The position numbers and the translations under genes were made by a program. A stretch of 64,000 nt of DNA from NCBI GenBank assembly GCA_000004985.1, contig GG738871.1. One strand, given 5' to 3'. The notes below the pieces were generated by a model. That model was not told the origin of the DNA, did no database searches, and saw only the letters and a program-made list of their open reading frames with translations. Below, one piece after another: positions 22,899 to 34,389 of the stretch; position 1 is the first letter of the stretch; the number at the start of each line of letters is the position of its first letter. This DNA is from Naegleria gruberi (lineage: Eukaryota).

Positions 22899-23491
22899 TT
22901 ATTGTGCAATGGAAGTATCCGTAATGGTAACTCTATTATGCTCTTCAGCAATAGGTTCTTTGATACCTAATCCTGCCTTAATATATGAAGTGATGAGAGC
23001 CATCATTGATCCTTGTTTGACGTCCCAATATTCTATATTCATATGAAATTAATTGTTAATTAATCGAAATAATAGAAATGATACAAACCTGCATGATGAA
23101 TATCACAAACTAGAAGAGTTAAATTAGGATCGTTCAATCCCTTTGGGAAGTAAATCTCACAATATTGATTCCATAACTCTCTCATAAGCTCCTTATTGGT
23201 TTCATCTGATTTGCAATTACAACTCAATGAAACATAGGTATGATTGCTTGGATCAGAGAAACTCAAATTGACTTGATGGTCAGTATTGATTTCCTTACAC
23301 TTCCAAGAGTCTTTACCACTGAAAAAGTACAAACGTTGTCTCTTGAAATCATCCTCTCTAATGATAGCATTCATTGGACGAGAGTGAATGTAATTATGAC
23401 CCATATTATCTTTGGTACATGTTGATAACATGCAAAATTGAATATCCTTGATAAGAGTTCTCAATTTTTCAATACCTTGTTGTTCAGACAT
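22899..23491 (-). CDS. Pyridoxamine-5'-phosphate-oxidase-like FMN-binding split-barrel protein (general stress protein 26 family); exons 23089..23491 and 22899..23032
   Basis: N-terminal LRTLIKDIQFCMLSTCTKD...HSRPM. Intron 23033..23088 (GTTTGT...TATAG, phase 1) yields ...DIHHA|EYWDVKQGSMMAL..., recreating the family AEYWD motif. Confidence 0.55.
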
Positions 23492-23660
23492 TTGTTTTTT
23501 TAAATTGTATATATCCTGATTGGTTTGTCCATCTTCTTAATCGAATTTGGAGTATTTATCGATTTGTGCATTTTCCAAAATTGTTAAATGGTTTTATTAA
23601 TCTCAATCCAAAATTCTCAATAATATTTACAATATGAAGAAAGTATGAAGGAAGAAGTAT

Positions 23661-24992
23661 TTACACATTTCTTGCATTTTCGAGAGAGGAAAATAATTGT
23701 TCCAAATCATCAGGATTTGGTAATGAATAAGAATCCAACATTTCAGAAATTTGAGCACTCCTAGAAGATGAAGGGAAAATTCTACTAGTATACGTTGACT
23801 GATTATCGGCTTCCAAATAATTATTATCATTATTATTTACAGAAGATGATGGAGGTGGTGTTTGGTGTCTATTTTCATGTAATCCAATTGAGTGAATATT
23901 TGGATACACGTTTTGGTGAACTACTGGAGTTGTGAAAAAAGAGGGTTGAGGTGGCAAGACTGGTTGAAATTCTGGTGAATTGAAACTCAATCCAAATGGT
24001 GTTGACTGAGTTGGAAACTTGTTTCCACTGTTGTGTGAATTGAATGGAGCGACAGCATTAAGCGGGATGTATGGTGAAGTGTTTCTCATGGCCACTATCT
24101 GTTGCATAAATGGATTATGAAAAGATGGATTTGGTTGAGTAGAGGAATTATTTTCACCGCTAACCTTTGTAAAGGTAGTTTGAGGGGAACAGTTTTGAAA
24201 GGATATTTGTGAAGAGGGAATGGTTTGACCAAATGAGATGAGTTGTGAATTGTTCAAACCTGGTGATTTCACTTGTTGAAACATTAAATAACCAGAGTTG
24301 ACAGTGGATTGTGAGGAATTTGAGGAAGTAGAGTTGTGACTCATTTCACTGTTTGTTGAAGAGGTAGAACTTTGAGAGCAGGCTGAGGAAATTGAAGGAG
24401 AGGAAACATTGTTGAAAGGATTGTTACCCGAATACAATTGTGAAGGAGTGGATGGTGAAATTCGTGTGTGAGGAGATGTGCTAGTGGATGATGAACAAGT
24501 TGACTGATTGGTATTTGTGTTGGAATTACATGTTCGAGGAAGAATTTTCATGTTGAGTGAGTTTTTTCTTTGCTCTTGCAATGTTTTCAATCTTTCTTCT
24601 CTTGTGGTCTTTCGTTTAATTTGTTCAACACATTGAATTCCATTCTTGATGCATCTAGAGCAAGACCTTTGTTCACCACAAGATCTATCACATCTTGCAT
24701 GTGCTTTATGACAAGCAACACAAGCCACTGTACAATGATGATGACAATAATTTCAGTTCATGAGGATTAAAAAGGAATTAGCAAAAATCTTACCTTTTTT
24801 ACTCTTCTTTTTTTTAATACCATTGTGGTCTGTGTTTGTATGAGGAGATGAGTCATTAGATTCACTACTATTTGATTTATCATCACGACGATTTGCAACA
24901 CCCTTATGATCAACACCTTGAGAGTGATTGGTGTGGATATTAGAGTGCATTCTTTTTTTTCTGGTTATTGAAAGAAATTCAACCTCTTTCAC
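23661..24992 (-). CDS. Zn(II)2Cys6 binuclear-cluster (GAL4-type) DNA-binding transcription factor; exons 24794..24992 and 23661..24727
   Basis: After the 24728..24793 intron (GTAAGA...TACAG) the protein reads ACVACHKAHARCDRSCGEQRSCSRCIKNGIQC (CxxCxxxxxxCx5-9CxxCxxxxxxxC), followed by a basic linker and a long S/T/N/P-rich low-complexity activation-like region. Confidence 0.6.
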
Positions 24993-25757
24993 AGGATTGA
25001 CTAATCATTTTCTTCTCGTTAGTGTGGGAATTTTCTAATAATAAAATTATGATATGCAGGAGTTTGACTGACACGATGATATCGGAGGGTATTTGCTCTT
25101 ATCACAGTGGCTTATTTTCGATACGAAACATGACGATTTTGATGAAAGCAAAGGAGATTGTTGCCAGAAAGAATAGACACTAACCATAAGGAATTAAAAC
25201 CAATAGTTTCTCCAAGCCAACTTCTAATTGCGAAGGAGAAACGTTTCGATTGTGTTGAGAGATAAGTTGCTCTAGATCCTTCCGCAAATACTTCTAATTT
25301 ACTGTCTCCGGAAGCAAGGTGTCATTGTTTGTAATTACTTTTTGTGGATAGAATTAACCTGTTTTTCGTATCGTGATTTAGTAAAGAGAGAAAGTATCAT
25401 GGAGTTCTCATGTTGTTGAAAAATTATTCGAAAGACTATTCGAGAAATGTTTCGTCACCACCTGCCTTTAAGAAGATGAATATTATTTTCCAATAATATG
25501 ATAAATACCGTATGAGAGTTTTTTAAGGTTCACTTAGGTCAAAATCATTTCGTTGTGATATGCTCATGTTGAGAGTGAACACATCTCATTCAAGTCGTCA
25601 ATCATGTTGTATTTGTGTAAATCGTAGTGTTCTTTTACAACTTTTATTTACACCAAACTACAGTTTTCATCTGGTCAATACTTTTGAAAATGTTGATTAT
25701 CCTTGTTTGGTGTTTAGCCCTAGTTCGTATTTATTACAATAAAATACCACTAGAAAT

Positions 25758-27277
25758 ATGCTTATGTGCTTATCCACTTGTTCAAAGTCATGTGATGTAG
25801 TAATTCATATTCGAATAAGATTGGCAGACTGGACTACAAACAAAAAAATGTTCGCCTCAAGGAGAATAGCTGTTGTTGGTGTTGGTGAGGAAAAATCAAG
25901 TTTGATGACCTTAATCGAACAAGAACACGGAACGGTTACTTCAAGTGTTTCTAGCACTACTCACATGTTAATCACAATGAACAAGAAATTGGTAGCAGCA
26001 AAGAATGCGTTGAAGTATAACATTCCGATATTCAGTGTTGATGAATTTAAACAAAAGTACTTCAAAAACATGTGATTGTTAATACGTTTGATTTATTTTA
26101 CCTTCATTATAGTGAAGAGGAAATCCCAAATAAGAACAAGAGAAAAGCTGACCCAAGTGTAACGGATATAGCAGAAGACTTGACAATGCGTACCCCAAAT
26201 AAACAACTTTCAGAGTCTACTACTATTGTTCAAAGATTCGAAACTCCAACCAAATTTTTTAGTTCTTTGGGCCTTAGTCCCCAACCGATTTGATTCGTCC
26301 AAACAGATAGCTCAAGCACTCTTAGAACAGAAAACCTACCCAAAGGGAATGCTTCCAGTTTTGAGTCAACATTTTGGAAGTGGCAAAACAGCACTTGTTG
26401 CAAACTTCCGTGGTGTTTTGGAACAACAAGAATACATCAATGATGATACTTATTTTGATAAATTGATGAAAGCAGCTTTGGTGAGACTTGACATGACTAC
26501 TATTGATCAATTTGTACCTTTAACAACAAACCTTACTACTGGAATAATTCGTACTCATTTAGTGGCGAGCATTTCTGAAGCACTGGCTAAATTGAGAGAG
26601 AACAATCCTAATACTCTTAATCTTGAAAAAAGCTATAGTACAATATTAGAACTATCATCCACTCAACAAAATTCCCTTGTTGCAAAACAACTCGAAGATT
26701 CGCCTAGTATTTTTTCATTTCTCCAAGCATGGTCTCTCAACAACATCTATTCCTTACTTGTATTTTTTGATGAATTGGGATCTCTTGAAAATCCACGGAT
26801 CCACTCATGCAATTTTGGAATGATATTGCAAATTTAATCGGCCAAGAAAAAAATATTCACAATATATTCATAATTGTGGCCGGAAAATCTGCCACCTTAG
26901 CTCAATTAGGTAGGCAAGAACATGGAAGACTCGTATCGCCTACACCAGCTACACATATTGTTCTTGATATGCTTTCTATTGAGTTTGTTATCGAATTAAT
27001 AGAAAAGTTTAACCCTGACATATCTCTCATAAGGAAATCTCCGAACAAAATTAAGGAGTTTGCACAGATTACAAAATCAAGAATTTTTGTTCCTAAAAGA
27101 ATTGAAGCTATTATACTGGGAAAGGAAGCATTTGATACATTCTTTACAATAGAGGACAAGAACATGTTGGACAGATTATCTTCAAATGAGCTGCCCAATA
27201 TTGATTACTTGAAAAATTTCTCCCAATCAATCAGTTGCATTCAGAGGCACCATTGGAATGGCGTTAATTTAAATTGA
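25758..27277 (+). CDS. BRCT-domain + P-loop NTPase (Walker A/B) protein; exons 25758..26071, 26113..27277; two apparent 1-nt frameshifts at T homopolymers (26255–26260 and 26800–26803)
   Basis: BRCT-like segment MFASRRIAVVGV..THMLITMNKKLVAAKNALKYNIPIFSVDEF. Intron 26072..26112 (GT..TATAG). Walker A (LSQHFGSGKTALV), Walker B (LLVFFDELG) and sensor-like IIVAGKSAT. ORFs 26072..26293 / 26226..26837 / 26807..27277 overlap in different frames exactly at T6 and T4 runs; changing the run length by one T gives a continuous ORF. Confidence 0.45.
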
Positions 27278-28141
27278 TTTATTGTAATGTTACTTGGAGT
27301 ATTCGATGAGTTTAGTAATACACAAGTTATGAGAATTTGACAACTGTTAGAACAATTGCAATTTTTGGGAGAACACTTCGTTACTGATTGTGGTGGTTCT
27401 TCAAATCGAATATAATTCTTGTGAAACGTTTCAAAATTGTGTTGTCCTTTGGCTGAGATTGCTTGATTGTTGATTATTTTCTAATGAATTCTCTGACACC
27501 ATTGAAAGCGTGGAAAGTTACGAAATTATTGCTTGTCGACAAAATAGTAAAGAACTGTTATGCATGTGAAAAACACATTTCAAGTCGCGAACCATGTTGT
27601 TGTTTTGCAAAATAAATGTTCTATTACAATTTCGATGATCATCAAACTACTGTTTGTATCTTCTTAGTATGCCTTATCAAATGGAGTTGACCAATTGAGA
27701 TCCAACCAAATTACTTCTCTCATTACAACATTGTACAAAAAAAATTACAACAACATTCATACCACCATCACTAGCAAAAAAGGGTAGTTTGAATTTTCAG
27801 TCTTCTGACCCACACGCACTTTTTGATTCTTGCAAGACATCATCTTCCACAAAATTAGCGCCTAATTTTTTTGGTAAAGCTGAAAAAAATATTTTTGTCA
27901 AGATTTGGATTTAATTTTTGTTGTATTCAATAAGCATCATCACCAGCAATAGACTGAACATCAAGAGTTTTTTGTCAACACTAAACTTTTGTCCATCATT
28001 GATATTGTTTAAATAGGATTGTAGATAATCAACTGTTTTAAAGATCCGATATTGTGATTGAGAAACAAATTCACACAATCAGCATCAACATCAATTAATT
28101 TATTATTTAAATAATTATTATTGGAGTACTAGTAACACAAT

Positions 28142-31100
28142 ATGCCATTATTTGGAATACCTAAAAAGCCACTACAAAAAAGAGGATTAGGTCAGGCCCA
28201 AGATAAACAATGGCCATCCAATAAGCCTGTTTTTCATATTCCAATCACCGATGAGGTTTTTGATGATTATGAGTAAGTAGTGATGATCACATAGACTTGA
28301 CCATATTTACAACTTACAATAGGGATTATGTCAATAGGCAAATAATGTATAAACTTCAAATTTGGAGTTGTCAATACACAGGAAGAGAAAACATGACATA
28401 TGAACAAGCATTGGAATCAGAAAAAGAACACAAACAACAAGATTTGTTTAAATATTATCCTAGATATATTCTTCGTCATATTTGTTATATGGTACATAAT
28501 TGTAGAAAGGGTGAAACTTTCCAAGAATTAGCACATAGAATGGCCAAGTTTTTTGAGTATAACTTCATAGAGGGTGAGGAACTTTACTGTGAGTTGGACA
28601 CAACGTAAGTATTTTCAATTATTCACTCCGAATCAAATATTGTTATTGTTGATAGTATTTCTGTTGTTTTAAAAAGAATACTTCTCAAGAAACTTCACTA
28701 TTATTTGAATGATCCAAATTTTCCTCCTTTTTCTGCACCTTTGTATATAACAGATGCTGATAGTCATCAAATTGAAGTTTTTCATCAAACAAAACCACAG
28801 GAACATCATTATGATTACGATTTACTGAACATGGGATATGGTACACAAGGAAAACTTTACGAAGTTGAAGTTGTTTCAAATAATTCTACTTTTGAAAACA
28901 AAATCATTGTTGTGTACTACACTGTATTACTCAGAAAACAGAGCTCTCTAATCGAATCTGTTGATAAGATTATGAGATGGTTACATGAATATACCTTTTT
29001 GGATGAGGATGGAATGATTTTATTGAAACCTGAATTATTGGAATATTTCAAACTTGAACCAAGAGCTGCAGCACAATGCGAAGTTAAATCAAAATATCAA
29101 AAGAAAATTGATGAAGAAATGTATGATATTGAGAGATTTAAGCATGGAAGAATCAAGTCTTTGTATGATTTAAAGTATCATCATGTTGATAAGTTCGGAA
29201 GGCTTATGTCTGATATCAAGGAAATCGAATCATCGCTCAAAGGCATTCCTGTTGCAGAGCCATCACATTCTTCATCAACAAATGGTAGTAATATTCAAAA
29301 CAGTCATTCAACAAATGGTATTGTTGTTGAACATTATGAACAGCCAAGTGCCCCTGTTGTACAACAAATTAATCCATTACTATTACCAAAGAAGGATGGA
29401 ACCATACTAGATGAATATATTGCGGATAGAGAACCTCAAAAATCTGATGAAAACTTTCCAAAGTTCCATTATGATTTCATTATCAAAACTCCAGAATGTA
29501 TTCCTGATGCTTTAAACATATTTAATTTCCTTTTTTCTTTTAGAGGACCTCTCAAATTGGATCCATTTACTTTTGACGAATTCCAAAATGCTTTAGAATG
29601 TAAAGATGAAAACAATCCACTATTAAGATCAACTTTACAACATGGTAAGAAACAAGGATCAAAGAATGATTAATCTCCCTTCAAGAAAATTAGTCATCAA
29701 TAGAGATGCAACTGTATACATTGCTCAAACCATTCCAGTTATTCCTCTCCGTGAATATTGGAAAGTGTTCATGCCTCACGAAATAATTAATATTAAAAAG
29801 GAAGAAGTTATCAAACAAGTACCTGAAGTTAAGCAAGAACAAGAAGAAGTTAAACAAGAAGAGCCTAAATCTGAATCAAATGGAAATAGTGCTGCAGAGC
29901 CAACTATTATTGAAGATGACAAGGATGTTGAAATGAAAGAAAGTGTAAAGGTAGAAACAACACCATCATCTGAACCAACAACAGCAACAACAACAGATGA
30001 GCAACAACAACCTGCTGAACCTGCTGAGGTCAATCAAGTCAAGGAAGAAAATAATGAAACAACTAACCAAGAAGTGAAAACTGAAGAAATTAAGGAGGAG
30101 GAACCAACTGCACAAAGTAATAATAATATGGTAGATGAAGATGTAAAGCAGGTAAAGAGTGTTGTTGAAAGAGCAATGGAATTCATCAAGAGTGATGCCT
30201 ATGATGATAATGAAATTGACTTTTTCAAACACTTGGATTCCGATGTTAAAGTATATATTTTAAGCAAGCTAACAGAACAATGCATTTTGACAGCCACTAT
30301 CAGAGAATTTACAGATGAAAATATTGAACACATGAAAAAGTTGAAGAGACAAAAGAATTTGGAAAATACTGAAGATATTGAAAAATCAAAAGAAGAAACT
30401 GAAGAGGCAAAGAAACTAACTGCTGAAGAATTGAAATCAAGAAGGAATAAGAGAGAGAAAGTCTATCAAGATTTACTTTCCCTTCATGCAATTAGAGCCA
30501 AACCTCTAGGATATGACAGACGGTTCAATCGTTATTGGTTCTTCCCAACTTTTGTTGGTGTACTTTTTGTTGAACCATGTTCTCCATTCAGACTTGTTGT
30601 AAACAACGGTGTTGCTGATCCAGTGGAAACAAGACATTGGGGATATTTATGTACAAAGAAAGAGATTGAAACTTTAATTTCCACCTTAGATCCAAGGGGA
30701 TTCCGCGAAAAGAAACTTCTCTCAAATTTAAATAAGTATAGAAGAGAAATAATAGATCAAATCACTCTGAGAAATTCTGCCATTAATCCAGAAATGGTAG
30801 CCGAAGATGTACCATTAAGCACAGCTCAAACGACTGAATCTGTCCCATCATCAAATGGAGGAGAATCAAAGACAGAAGTAGCCTCGTCCTCCTCAACTAC
30901 AGACAATGAAATGAAAGATGAAGCACCAATTACTAAACCTGAACAAACTCCTGAAACATCCAATGTACCTTCAATTGTTATTGATGATGTTTCTACAGAT
31001 TCTCCATCAAAGAAGAGAAAACATACAGATGACAATGTATCTGACATTAGTGAAGTGTCATCTAGTTCACAACAACCTAAGAGAACTAAATTAGATACAA

Positions 31101-31258
31101 CCCTCGAAGAAATTGCAACTAAGTATCCTACGAAATTCAAACCAAGCATAGAGTCTTTCCAACCAACTTCATTCCTCAAATATCGAAATAGTCAGGAAGA
31201 AGTTATTCCTGCAGACTCTGAATGTTTCCTTCCAGACGAAGATGAGGAAGAAGATTAA
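28142..31258 (+). CDS. ACF1/WSTF(BAZ)-like chromatin-remodeling accessory protein with WAC and DDT domains; exons 28142..28272, 28323..28604, 28656..29644, 29694..31258
   Basis: WAC: MPLFGIPKKPLQKRGLGQAQDK...FDDYE|DYVNRQIMYKLQIWSCQYTGRENMTYEQALESE. DDT: IPDALNIFNFLFSFRGPLKLDPFTFDEFQNALE. WSD-like: YDRRFNRYWFFPT. Acidic E/K-rich middle. Introns 28273..28322, 28605..28655 and 29645..29693 are all GTAAG..(T/A)AG. No PHD or bromodomain before the stop. Confidence 0.65.
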
Positions 31259-31265
31259 ATAAAAA

Positions 31266-32154
31266 ATGAAAACTTTAGTGTTGCTCGGAATTTGTTTGTG
31301 CTTTTTAATGATAATAGCACCATCATCATTAAATGCTCAACAAGGACCAATTGATAAATATCGAGTTGAATTTTCAGTGGATCAGGGAAATACTTGGAAG
31401 GAACGTGGATTTATTGTATATGATGCTAGTAGTAGAAATCGTTTACAATTTCGTCCAACACTTACCAATGATGCCAAATGGTCAGGTGATGTTATTAAAA
31501 CCATCTCCGATAGAATTTTAAAGAAGAAGACAGAATCTTTAATTTATCAAATTCGTGTTACTACTTTAAAGGATGATTCACAAATTGTGGCCTCAATTTC
31601 AATGGTTGGTATTAATAATAATAATTTAATAATGATGATTACCATGATGATGAATAATATAATAATAATTATAACAATATTTGATGATGAACAATAATAT
31701 ACAACAATAATAATTTGGAAATAGTGTGATTTTATTAATTCAAAATTCAAGGAAGTGTGGCATTTAGTTTTTGATTCAAAGGAAAATTTAGTTTCAATTA
31801 CCATTAATGCTGATACACATACTGCTCCAACACCATATCACTCCCAATCATGTACTTCCGATGTTATTGCTTCTCTTGAAAAATTGAAGAATGGACTTCA
31901 AAATGGTGTCAGAGAATCAGTCAAAATTATTAGTCACAATCCTCCAAAAACAGGAGAAAAGATTAGTTTTACTGGTGTCAAATCACCTGAAGAAAAGAAG
32001 AAAGAAGTTGAACAAGCCAATGAACCAGGATTTTTCAGAAAATACGTAAGTGTGTTAATTAATCAACATGAATTTTTAATATTTCAAATAGTGGTATTTG
32101 CTTGTACCTGCTGTTCTTATTTTGTTTGGTTCCATGTTTACCGCATCCGAATAA
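31266..32154 (+). CDS. Type I membrane protein (signal peptide + lumenal domain + C-terminal TM); exons 31266..31604, 31725..32045, 32092..32154
   Basis: Signal peptide MKTLVLLGICLCFLMIIAPSSLNA. The AT-rich 31605..31724 stretch is treated as an intron (GTTGGT...AAATAG); it could alternatively be coding Asn/Ile-rich sequence. Intron 32046..32091 (GTAAGT...AATAG). C-terminal TM WYLLVPAVLILFGSMF. Confidence 0.45.
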
Positions 32155-32205
32155 TAAATTTACATCACAATCACTATTCCAATTTTGATGATTATTTAAA
32201 TATTA

Positions 32206-32418
32206 TTACTTGTTGGAATTTTCTAATGATTTTTGTTTTTCCAAAATCTTATCAACAATGCCTTCCTTTTCAATTTCCTTTTCAAGTTCCAATCTTACAC
32301 GAGTACGGAATTTATCTTCCCACTTTTCTTCCAATTCATATTGATGTTTCATTCCTACAAGACCTCCGATTGCAGTCAACACAAACATCCCTGTAACCTT
32401 CCAGAATGTTGAAGTCAT
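32206..32418 (-). CDS. Small single-pass membrane protein (70 aa), possibly mitochondrial ATP-synthase subunit-e-like
   Basis: N-terminal TM with small-residue motif (VTGMFVLTAIGGLVGM) followed by a charged coiled-coil tail (ELEEKWEDKFRTRVRLELEKEIEKE). Assignment is speculative. Confidence 0.3.
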   Translation of the reverse strand: MTSTFWKVTGMFVLTAIGGLVGMKHQYELEEKWEDKFRTRVRLELEKEIEKEGIVDKILEKQKSLENSNK

Positions 32419-32621
32419 TTTTTTTCAATTTTATTAAAAAACAATAATTTAATATATTAAAATTATAATATTAATAAATATTTAATTATATAATTAAACA
32501 AGTATTAATACTATTCACATTCTACAGAGTTTCACAAATTTCACCTTCAACAATCTCCATCACTTTTTATTCAAAACAAAAATAAACCGTTATTCAAATA
32601 AATTGCAAGTTCGAAAAAAAA

Positions 32622-33213
32622 ATGGCTGATAACGTGTAGGTTGAGAGTTTTATTGTTTGGAGTAGTCTAAAATTGGCTTGAAAAATGTTATATTTATAAA
32701 TATTACATCATCACTTTTTATTGATTAATATTTGGATTATGTAAAATATTGGATGATACGGATTGGATGATCAATTATATTTCCGGAAATAATTTTTTAT
32801 ATTAAATAATATACAGATTAGAACAATTTGAAGGTGATGACAATGTTGAAGATGAATATCAACAAGGAGAAGATGAATCAGAAATTCTTCCAGAAGATGA
32901 TGTCATGTTAGAAGAAACTGATGATGTTGATGCTCCATATTTGCCAGTTGATAAAAACAAAGTTCCAAAGGAAGACAGAAAAACCACTAGAAAGATGACT
33001 AAATTCGAAAAGGCTAGAGTTTTGGGAACAAGAGCTCTTCAAATTTCTATGAATGCTCCTGTTACTGTAGAATTACAAGGTGAAACAGATCCACTCCAAA
33101 TTGCTAAGAAGGAACTTCAACAAAAGAAGATTCCAATGATCATTAGAAGATACTTGCCAGATAAATCATATGAAGATTGGCATGTGAATGAACTCGAAAT
33201 TGACTTTGAATAA
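32622..33213 (+). CDS. RPB6: DNA-directed RNA polymerases I/II/III subunit RPABC2 (RPB6/Rpo6); exons 32622..32635, 32817..33213
   Basis: Acidic N-terminus then [59 protein letters not shown], diagnostic of RPB6. Phase-2 intron 32636..32816 (GTAGGT...TACAG) links MADN to the acidic region. Confidence 0.8.
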
Positions 33214-33218
33214 ATTAT

Positions 33219-33983
33219 TTATTCTTCATCACTGCTACTACTACTGCTATCAGAGCTAGAGCTGCTTTCATTATCACTATTGACATTTTCCTTAGTTTCT
33301 TCTTCACCATTTTCATTCTTTGATTTTTCAACAACATTATTCTTTTCTTCATAATCAGTATCACGAACATCTGAAAAATCCTCTAAATTATATCTAGATC
33401 CACTATCCTTGTCAGTTGCCTTAAGAACACGCATAACTGTCTTGGCCCTTTTATATCTCTTATTGTCTTGAAGAATATCTTTCATTTCATTGACACATTT
33501 TGCTCTGATTGACTTATCGGTAAGTACTAATTTTCTTTCCTTTGATGGGAGTGTATGGAGAGCATTCTTTTGAGCAGCAGCTCTTTGAGTCTTGACATAT
33601 TCTCTACAAGTTTCAAATAATTTCACACGGTCAAAACCAACTAGTGGAGCTACATATTCAAGAAAATATTTGAATCGTTTTCCATCAATAATTTGTGCAT
33701 TTAAACATTGATTAATAAGTGTTCTTTGTTTTGTACCATCAAATGTCCAATTACTTCTATCATTCTTCCACTGCTCCAAAAATTCAACAATAGGATGGAG
33801 AATAATTTTCTCATCATCTGAATTATATTCCTCAGTTTCCGTAACTACAACTTTTTTCTGTTGTTGTGTTGGTGCATTCAGTGCTGCCTCCTCCATCTTT
33901 CTCTTCTTTCCGGCAGACATTGGTTTATTTCTACGAGGTTGTTGTGGTTTGCTTGCTGTTGTTGGTTTATTGGTACGATTCAT
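33219..33983 (-). CDS. Hypothetical basic/acidic nuclear-type protein (254 aa)
   Basis: Lys/Arg-rich N-terminus (NLS-like), conserved-looking core (WKNDRSNWTFDGTKQRTLINQCL), and a Ser/Asp/Glu acidic tail. The 3' end lies 5 bp from the RPB6 stop, convergent. Confidence 0.4.
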   Translation of the reverse strand: MNRTNKPTTASKPQQPRRNKPMSAGKKRKMEEAALNAPTQQQKKVVVTETEEYNSDDEKIILHPIVEFLEQWKNDRSNWTFDGTKQRTLINQCLNAQIIDGKRFKYFLEYVAPLVGFDRVKLFETCREYVKTQRAAAQKNALHTLPSKERKLVLTDKSIRAKCVNEMKDILQDNKRYKRAKTVMRVLKATDKDSGSRYNLEDFSDVRDTDYEEKNNVVEKSKNENGEEETKENVNSDNESSSSSDSSSSSSDEE

Positions 33984-34389
33984 TTTTTATTTGAATTGAA
34001 TTCTTCATCATCAAATATTTGATGTTCATCTAATCATTTAATCTTTTCTTTATGGAATAAAACTTGTTGAATGAAGAATAACACAACAACCCTAGTGTTT
34101 GTTGTTTCTCTCTGATAGGATCTAATTAATTTGAATAATGTCATCATCCCTATCATTGCCATCATTATCTTCTATGAAAATAAAAATAAGCTTCATTCTG
34201 TGATTGAAGTGAAGAAAAAATAGTCGGAAGAAAATAACAACTTTTGGAAGAAAATCAATCCCTCATTATATTTGCCAAAACAACAGAGTAGTATCACGAT
34301 CTATTATTAAATATTCATTTAGAGATTGAAAAGCTTTTAATTTAAATAATAATAACATGTTTTTTGTAAATTTTTTTGACAAATAAAAA

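Noticed and set aside
29776-30232. Two minus-strand ORFs inside the acidic E/K-rich region of the ACF-like gene
   Set aside because: They are antisense translations of a GAA/AAG-rich coding tract (poly-S/F/L products). The sense strand has a conserved domain context.
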